Below, in pieces: positions 55,401 through 64,000 of a stretch of DNA of 64,000 nucleotides. The notes beneath the pieces were generated by a model that worked only from the letters and a program-made list of their open reading frames with translations, had not been told where the DNA came from and did not search any database. The translations under genes were made by a program, and so were the position numbers. Each line of letters begins with the position of its first letter. The first letter of the stretch is position 1. The stretch spans positions 168,523,741-168,587,740 of the forward strand of contig CM041465.1 in assembly GCA_023213395.1 (NCBI GenBank). Reading direction: 5' to 3'. Source of the stretch: Cycas panzhihuaensis. Its lineage: Eukaryota > Plantae > Cycadophyta.

Positions 55401-56861
55401 ACTAGAGTCAATTAACCAAGACTTAACATTTGACAACTTACTTGAGGTTACCAAATAAACATCATCATCAGCTTCATCGAAGGCTTTTATTACTGTGGAA
55501 GAAGTAGCTTCAAGTGACTTTCCCTTGTGTACCTTAACTTGACACTGGATCTTCATATGGCTAGCCTTCCCCCATCTCCAGCATACCAAAGGTCCTCTAC
55601 CTGGAGATTTAGATTTTCCTCTAGACTTTGGTCATATGTTCTTAGGCCTTTATTGGTCACAATCCAACGTTTGACCTCTCATCACTAATGTTTCTTTCAA
55701 ATAATCCTCAGAAGATTTTCACCTTATCTCTTCTGACAGCAGAGCAGTAATAACATCATCAAATTTTAGGGTGGCAGTAGCTGTGTTACTAATCATCATC
55801 ACAAGATTATCCTAGGAATTAGGAAGCAAACATAATAAGGTAATACACTTATCTTCTTCAAATATTGTCATCCCAACTAAAACAAGCTGGCTCACCACAG
55901 TGTTAAATGCAGTGAGATGATCTATAATTGCATCTCTATCACTCATCCTAAGTGAATATAGCTTTTTCTAACGAAATAGCTTATTAACTAGGGACTTTGT
56001 CTGATATAAAGCCTTTAATTTTCTCTATAAATCTTTGTCCATTGACTTTATGGAAACATTTAGCAACTCTATGTCTGAAAGGCATAACCTTATCGAATTG
56101 ATTACCTTTCGATCAAGCTTCTTCCAATCTTCATCGCCCATAGTCATAGGCTTTGTTCTTACTACATTGATCTACTAATCCTTCTCAATGAGGATATCTT
56201 TCATCTTTAGCTTCTACAGCTCAAAGTTTTGGCCATTGAACTTTTCAATCTCCATCTTTGTAGTACTTGCCATGATCTTCACACTCAAGTTCACTGCACA
56301 AGGCTCCCACTTACCAAATGGCTTTCTACATAACTAAAACCCTTAGCTCTAATACCAAATGAAGAGAAAATATAACCAAGAAGCAATGTGATAATAAAAC
56401 TCTAAACCATGCAAAGAATAAATAACATAAACAAATCAAGCACTCAACAAAGAATACCAGGAGATTCAGGTCTAAGCATAGACCTTTTATTAATTTGAGC
56501 AATAACTAAAGAATTACATAAATGAATAGACCCTAACTCTTCTCCTCAACTCATCCACGACCATATCATCATCTTATATTAGATGTATCGTTACAAAAGA
56601 ATATATAGACACAACATTACAAGATACTGCCTTGCGGTTTTATAATACAATGGGCATAAACCATTGGGTCAACAAAAGACCCCCATAATAATCTCAAAAA
56701 TTTTTCTCAGGGACTCCCGCCCCTAAACCCCCACCTGAGGGGCTGTTGGTCCCCAGACCTCCCAGCCAGGGGCCTACAATGGGCCCCCTGACCCCACAAA
56801 GGGGCTCAAGTGTAATACTTATATCCATGTAACACTTGCAAAGTGTTCAACATATCTAACA
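52403..56861 (-). mobile_element. Tork-like Ty1/copia element with an internal deletion, nested in the gag-only element
   Basis: LTRs 52403-52906 and 56360-56861; perfect TSD TAAAA (52398-52402, 56862-56866); PBS reverse complement GCTCTAATACCA 56346-56357; PPT reverse complement ATCTCTCACTT after 52906. Confidence 0.95.
52960..56273 (-). pseudogene. Degenerate copia gag-pol
   Basis: MASTTKMEIEKFNGQNFEL (gag); CWRWGKASHMKIQC (decayed zinc knuckle); WLIDSSALLHVT (protease); IYIDDIL and FEMKDLGASYFILGIEI (RT). Confidence 0.9.
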
Positions 56862-57196
56862 TAAAAGATAGATGATCGTGTTAAGATGAAGACATGCCAA
56901 AGACAAGACAATGGAGGTTAAATAAACAAATAAAAGAGCCAAAGAGCATAATGATGATGGCAAAGTTGATGACCTATCAAAGAAACATAGGGTGAAGCAA
57001 GAAGAGGTGGATCATCAATCTCTAGATATAAGTGTTGTAGAAAAGGCCAAGTATTGGATGATTTACTAAAGAGCAATTATGAGTAGCTATAGGTTGAAGC
57101 ACTCACAAAGCTTAGGAAAGGAAATTATTATTAGAAATAAATCATGTCTATTAAAAAAGATGATTTGGTGGGATTAGATGATGTTAGTTTAATCAT

Positions 57197-57520
57197 AGCT
57201 ATCAAATTTTGGATCAATATGGTGGGCTGCAGACTTCCCTTAATAATGTGGTAATGGAACTCTGAAAGCTTTGCAGACATCCTCACATGTTAGAGGGAGT
57301 AGAACCAAATGAGAAGAATATGCAAGATTATTATAAACAACTATTGGAGACATTTGGCAAGCTACTTTTACTAGATAAGATGATGGTGAAGCTTAAAGAT
57401 CAAGGGCATAGGGTGCTCATTTATTCACAATTCCAACATATGTTAGACATATTAGAAGATTATGCTAGTTACAAGAAATGGATATATGAACACATTGATG
57501 GGAAAATAAGTGGGGTAGAA
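57197..57520 (+). pseudogene. PKL: Captured fragment of a PICKLE-like CHD3 SNF2 chromatin-remodeller gene (helicase C-terminal lobe region)
   Basis: YQILDQYGGLQTSLNNVVMEL*KLCRHPHMLEGVEP..KQLLETFGKLLLLDKMMVKLKDQGHRVLIYSQFQHMLDILEDYASYKKWIYEHIDGKISG closely matches the recalled PKL stretch SLNN.MMELRK.C.HPYMLEGVEP..GKLQLLDKMMVKLKEQGHRVLIY.QFQHMLDLLED..KKW.YERIDG. One in-frame stop; similarity ends abruptly on both sides. Confidence 0.9.
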
Positions 57521-59489
57521 ATCATGAAATATAGTTGGACCTTTCATCATTAACAAACTTGGCAAATGTAACATGAATAATCAAAGATAGTTTTCAAAGA
57601 GATAAGGATGGTTGGAGTTATTGCAAATCAAAATATGTACATTTATGCATCTATATAGTAGAACTTCAATAAAAAAAGAGCTCGTTGGGTGCTATTTATC
57701 AAAATGTAACTATCTTTTTGGTTTGCAAGGTGTTAGGCTATGGAGGACCTAATGGTATAATAAGTATATTTGTATTATATCATAAATTGATAAACACCAA
57801 GTAAAATGTATTCTATAGACTATAGAGGAATGAATGATGCAAACAAACATGGTATCAATGATTCTCCTAACAATGAAGAAGAAGAGGGGTCCACTAAATT
57901 CCAAGGATTTATTATTAAACCAATAACAAACTTATGATAAAGCTCCCATCGATAGTTCAAAATTTTATCATGTGTAACCTAATTATGTTTAGAGAAGGGA
58001 AATTACAATGTGGTAGCTATAAGATTTTTTAGATTATCACCTTTGATGTCCCTTTAATTTCATCTTGATAGAGAATGATCTCAAAGCGACTATTAATTCT
58101 CTAGAGCAAGTGGAGGTGGAGACAGAATTAATACATTTACTATTCTAACTAAATACTAATCTCTAAATGAAATCATCACTATTGAATGTTGTACAAGTGA
58201 TATCATCCCTTAAAATCTTCTGCTTAGACCTCATATTTATGTAAAATTCAGGGTTATTATGGTGGGTATTCTTAATAAGGCTGATAACATTAATGTCATG
58301 AATAATAATTACAATAATTGAATGTAATGGAGAGCCTTGTATTAATATGGTAAAGAATATAAGAAAATATTTTGGGATTATAAAGGCATTAGTTTGGTTT
58401 TGTATGTGTGGGTAATGCCTAAGGTATAATCTCTCAACTCCTCAATATATTCAACCTCATAACATCTTCACCACAGGAGCTATTAAGTAATGATAATCCC
58501 AACAAAGTCAATTCTACACTCACATTGGTTAAAGCGGGTGAAAGAGATGTAAGAGTTATGATGGTCATGTAAATCCTTAAAAGATTATTCCATACATAGT
58601 AGAACTATAGCTCACAAGGCACACCATCTATTAAACTTATGCCATGAGAAAGAGGAGAAAATAGATGTAAAATCTTGAAATAGATGGCACACAGATGATG
58701 TACCAGAAGGTTTTGTATATCTAATGATGAGAAAATTCTTGTCTATAGGGAGATAAATTGATTAGACTACAATGATGGGACTAACATTACTAATAGGTTG
58801 AAGAAAACCATCAAAAGCGGTATTATGTTAAAGAGGTATGACCTTCATAAAGATCACATGCTAATTAAATTTAAAAATTAATTTATTTTTTAGGAGGCTA
58901 TAATTTTAATAAGTTATAAAACATATATGGTGATGGTTAGAGCTTATTCTAACCATATAAATATTATTTTTTTATTCATTTATTTCATATGAACTATTCA
59001 CAAAGTAATGAGAGTGCTTTTGGATGCCACATTATGCAATCTAATATTGGAGAGTAGCATGAAGAGCACCACACAAATATAACATCATTTGCATATTGAT
59101 AAATAGCCACATAAACCATTAAATATTATGTGTAAGCTGCTAAAAGAGTTAATGGTGCATTATAGAGTGTTGTGAAGCCATTCAAAGCCAAGGGTGAAAC
59201 CAAGAATGTAACCAAAGTAAGGCCCTTTAAAGGTCATTTTGAAGTCATTGAGGTGAATATAAGCCTATTAAAACTCTTTCAAGCCATATCAATGAATGTA
59301 GAGGTTGTGAAAGAGTAGTTAAAAGTAACATAATGCTTGAGTAACATATTTGAAGCATGTAGGTCATATTTAAAGGGTATGTAAATGTAAAATTGATGTT
59401 TTCATGAGAAAATAGTGGAAACAATCTAATTTAAAGATAAAAAATATCACAAGGAGATTATTTATCATTCATCCAATAGAATTGTGACC

Positions 59490-60260
59490 ATGGAGAGGTT
59501 GTCGACTGTAATATTAAATGGAAACAACTTCTATGAATGGAAAGAAAGTATGGAAATCACTTTAATAGTTAATTAATCATGGAGAATCATCAAAGATTAG
59601 TTGTTGGCCATACCATTGAATAATAAGGAGGGAACTCATTTAGAAGAAAAATAGTTTATGGTTGTTGGGCTGCTTGAACAATCATTGACTCTAAATCAAA
59701 GAGATATTGTCTATAACTTGGATACATTTAATGACAACTGGATGAAAATATGCAACACATTTGAGGAGAAGAAGACAAATCATTATATTTATTTAATTAT
59801 GGATCTTTTCAATGCAATAGTAAAATACAAAAGTAACATAAGCACCTACTTGAATAAAATAATAGATTTGAGGAATAAATTAGAAGAAATAAAGCCTCGC
59901 TCAATAGATGATGCATTATTATTTATATTAATTATATCAAATCTACTAATAACATTTGGAACTTTCTAGACTATATATGTAAGGGATGAAGTGATAAGGA
60001 GTGAATCATTCAAGAAATTGAAGAGTCTCATTCTAGTTGAGGATGCCAAATTGAAGCACCATGGTTTTCTTAGTAGTTTTGAATCCAATCAAGCCTTAGT
60101 CATGAAGACTCTAAGGAAAGAAGGTGCAAAGATAGATTAAAATATGTAAAAGTCCAAAGAAAATTAGGAGAAGAGAAAGAAGAAATTCTTTGGAAGATGT
60201 AACGATTATAAGAAAATTGGTCATATGGAGAAAAGTTGTTGGTTTAAAAAAAAGGACATG
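59490..60260 (+). pseudogene. Degenerate copia gag (UBN2-like region and zinc knuckle)
   Basis: MERLSTVILNGNNFYEWKESME..ISTYLNKIIDLRNKLEEI..CNDYRKIGHMEKSCW, one frame with several stops. Confidence 0.8.
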
Positions 60261-63200
60261 TAGGAGGCATCACAAAATGATGACAATGATAAGGAAGTTG
60301 AAGACTATTATGCTCAAGAGAGGACCTTAATTAATGCTAGCATAGTGCCTATTGATGGGCTCGATAAGATTAGTGTTATAGAGATGTTTTTAAAAAAATA
60401 GATGTAATTTAGAGAAGTATAAAATAGGTGTGAGGCTTTGTTTACTATGGAAATCTTCGATAAGTTGATCATGGAGCGTGCACTTATACATTTTGAAGTG
60501 AGAAGCCACATTTTCCTATTCAAAAAGTGTAAATTTTTCTCAATGAAGAAAATATAGTTTAAAAGAGTTTAACAACTATCTAAAGCCTTTAAAAGATGCA
60601 TTGATATATGTATAGGCCAAGTTAGATCATGCGTTGCTTCAAAAGCTACATGTGAATCATTTAGTCAATGAACCTACATGTATGAATTGTGTAAACATTG
60701 AGAAAGTGTTAAGGCCATAATGAGATCTATGAAATATCTAAGAGTAACTCAAGTAAATGTAAGCGAAATTGGAAATCTGATGAGGCTGTGTTAATGTGTT
60801 TGAAGTGAGGTGCTCCATATATGGTTGTTCAAATATATATTCACTCATCAAGCAAAAATAATATATTACAAAGATCATTGTAGAAGTTTAGGCTACATTG
60901 AAGGTATGTAGTAGCATAGGAGGCTATATGGGTGTATGTTAAATCCACAAAGGGATATATTAAAGGCATGTGAAGTCTTGTGTTATTATTTGAACCATAG
61001 GAGGGGCCATATTGTTGTATATCATCCATGAGTAAAGCTTATTCTTTTTTTTTCCTTTTAAGAGAAGTCACTTAAAAATCTAAAAGTTGATGCAAAACCA
61101 ATATGGAGTGAGTTAAACGCAAAAGAAACTATTGAAGTGAGGAAATTGACCCCATTTAAAGGTACGAAGACCTTTACAGTTGTGTGGCATGTAAATAAGC
61201 TAAATAATGTTGTCTTGACGAACTCAAAAAGTGTGTTAGTTTAGATTCAATGAAAGTATCCTTGAAGGGGGATGTGTCAAATGTAGATATAATAACAAGG
61301 ATAATTATTACCTTCACCTATAATAATAAAGTTGACTAAAAGCTATAATCCCACATTTACATTAAGGGGAGATGTTAGTAAACTTAGTTGATATTAACAT
61401 TATGTTGGGTTAATAACTCATGTGGATTAGCCCAAAGATACAAAGAGATGCAAAAATAAAGGATTGAATGAGACATGATAAAGATTCACTGGACATGATG
61501 AAAGGTCAATGGAATGATGAAGAGTCACAACCATTGGTTGGACAAACCTCTTAAGGTATTATAAACATAGACCCCATATAGGTTATCAACATCGAGTAAG
61601 AACAACATATGGTTTATCAAGGTGTATTATGCACTAATAGGCATGTCCATTAACGTCAAGTAATCCTAATGGGTCATAAGACTAAACTATATTCAATATA
61701 ATCAAATCTTTCTATGTTTGGCCCTAGGTTTTCTCTCGTAAGGGTTTCCCATTTAAATATATAGGTATTATTCTCTGAATAATTATTATGTATAATCAAG
61801 ATCCTATACTTAAGAAAACATATATGAATATTTCTTCACACACACACATACATATCTTGTACATATATATTATATTAATAAAACTCAGTATCATATATAA
61901 TCTAAATGAAAATAATGAATAGCCTAGTGAGTATTTACATGTAAACTAATATAGATAAATACTTATAAACATATATTAATATGCCTACCATATTTTTCAC
62001 CTTTTAATATTAATCTTCTAAAATAACTATAATTGTAAAATAAAATGTTTATATATGTTTATCATTGTCCACTATTATTAATAAACTATAGAAAATGCAT
62101 AATCAAATTAATGCCATCCTTCTAAGCCTACTTTAAAAAGTAAGGTTTTTACATTAGAAGAGGTTACACATTGATTGATCATCTAATAAATTAAACATAG
62201 TAAAAATATTTAGCCTTGTACAAATGTTTAGCACATAATTAACATGGCTATGTTCCCTAGATGACAAGGGTTTTACGCATGAAATTTGGTTTATTAACAA
62301 CAAATCTTACAAAAGTTGTATTAGATAGAAAAATGATCTTTAGTAATGTCATATGCTATAACATATATAATATAAATAAAATAATATATTTATTTAAAAG
62401 CTTGTGATTAGTTAGACTTTTAATAATATTATATTACACTATTAAAAGAATCATTGATCACTCAATCTTATCTTAGTCCTTTAGGTATCACTTTTTCTTA
62501 GGTATCTATATTATATATAATGCTTATGACCAATATAACCAACTTTTTAAAGATATGTGCATTTTTTAAAATATATATTATAGAAATAACTACTTTAATG
62601 CATTGCTAAAATTTAATTCTTATTTACTGTATGTATGAATTCTTCTTCATCTTATTATATATAAGCCACTAGCTTACACAATATCAGAGTCTTAGGATAT
62701 TTCATACATATATATGGTTTAAGGATAGACTCTTTATATGCTAATTGAGTTTTCTAATTGTAGCATACTCATAGCTTTATCATTAAGCTTGAAGTCATTT
62801 AGAACCTTAACCTTCTTGTTGTTAGTACCTATACTCATAGTAGGAGTATGAATATTCAAAACTCTAATATAATATCTATGTAAATGCATGTCTAAAGGGC
62901 CTACAAATATATTCAAGTATACTAATCTAATTAGTATCCTTGATGGAGTTTTCTATGCTTGCCAAGGATGTGTTTATTCATCCTTATTATTTCTATTACA
63001 TATTTTGGTATTTAATCTTAGTGTAATACCTCATAAATATGATCATGTATATACTACTTTCTTGATGTCAAGGAGAATCCAAATGTAAAAATTATAGAAT
63101 CCTAGAGTAGAGAAAATGTGTTTCAATATAATTTAGGGTGAATTATAGAGCTATTAAATAAGAGTTTATTTCTCTTTCCATTTTTCTTTTTTTTGGTTAA

Positions 63201-64000
63201 ACCTAATATTTTAATTAATTTAAAGAATTACATATATTATAATTAAATAATAGGGAGAAATATCCATCCCATCTATACCTCTAAATGGCACTATAAAAGT
63301 CATTTTACTAATAATGATTAGCTTATAAAATTCACAAAAACTAATAGCTTGAAAAAGAAAATAGTAGGAGTAGTTCCATTCTTCACATACTTATGGAGTA
63401 GAACCAAGGTGGTTGCATCCATAATCCTCCATTATCGAGGGGGTTATCTTATAATTTTAAGACCTTATTAGGCAAGGTCAACATGTAAGGACTCCCTTTT
63501 CTTACTAGTTTTATGTTCAGCCCCTTATACACTACTCTAACTAAGCTATATATTAGAGACTAAATGTTACCCATGCAATAAAGAGAAGGCTTATTTATTG
63601 AAAGGGAATCACTTTTCTTAGGAGTTCCTACATATCTAAGGTGTACTTCATTGAGTACCCTTACTTTAGAGCTATTGAGAAATGCTCTCTTCTAAGGGAC
63701 CCTACTCATAGTACATAATGATGAGCTCTAATGATCAATTAGCTCTATTACATGAAACATCACCAACTACACTTTCCTAACTTGTACACCAAAATGTAAT
63801 GGATAATAAGACAACACAAATGTAATAATATAAAAAAATAAAGAATGAGGAAGAAGATTTGCTATTAAATAATACATGATTTATATACTTCCAAATGTAC
63901 TATAAGATCTCCATACTAAGTAGATCCTAAGTAAAGGTGAGGGTTTATAAGAAACCCCTATTATATTTGGATGGATATTTGTATAGTGTTTTGTGGCCAT

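Larger units (their letters stand above)
51471..61840 (+). mobile_element. Non-autonomous gag-only copia-type LTR element with a long cargo-containing 5' region
   Basis: Diverged LTRs at about 51471-51906 and 61373-61840 (both end TTTCTTCACA); PBS TGGTATTAGAGT at 51907; PPT AAGGGGAGA 61364-61372; copia gag at 59490-60260; no pol of its own recognised. TSD obscured by flanking microsatellites. Confidence 0.85.

Noticed and set aside
62700-63100. LVYLNIFVGP resembling the copia integrase LVH.D.CGP motif
   Set aside because: Single weak motif with no supporting domains or LTRs.

Overview
AT-rich, CpG-depleted intergenic DNA from a large land-plant genome (the element types and old, diverged LTR pairs suggest a gymnosperm; this is inference). 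Nearly all of it is nested, decayed LTR retrotransposons: a Ty3/gypsy chromovirus (1194-10036, TSD TAATA), a Tork-like Ty1/copia (10766-16054, minus) inserted in a long Ogre/Tat-type LTR, an RT-less Ogre/Tat-like element with gag, protease and an antisense PMD remnant, a 2.15-kb non-autonomous LTR element (22811-24961), a tandem duplication flanked by kb-scale (TA)n arrays, an Ivana-like copia (45857-50607), and a gag-only copia (about 51471-61840) that hosts another Tork copia (52403-56861) and an apparently intron-less fragment of a PICKLE/CHD3 chromatin-remodeller gene. I found no intact host protein-coding gene. The most unusual items are: (1) a 312-bp miniature LTR retrotransposon (47010-47321, 81-bp LTRs, TSD TAGAC) whose LTR/PBS junction assembles a tRNA-spaced Pol III A-box/B-box; (2) the captured PKL-like fragment; (3) two CpG-retaining non-coding islands (about 39.8-40.5 kb and 43.8-45.0 kb) that share motifs in inverted, collinear order. 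All coordinates, alignments and translations were read by eye and lineage names come from recalled motifs, not database searches.
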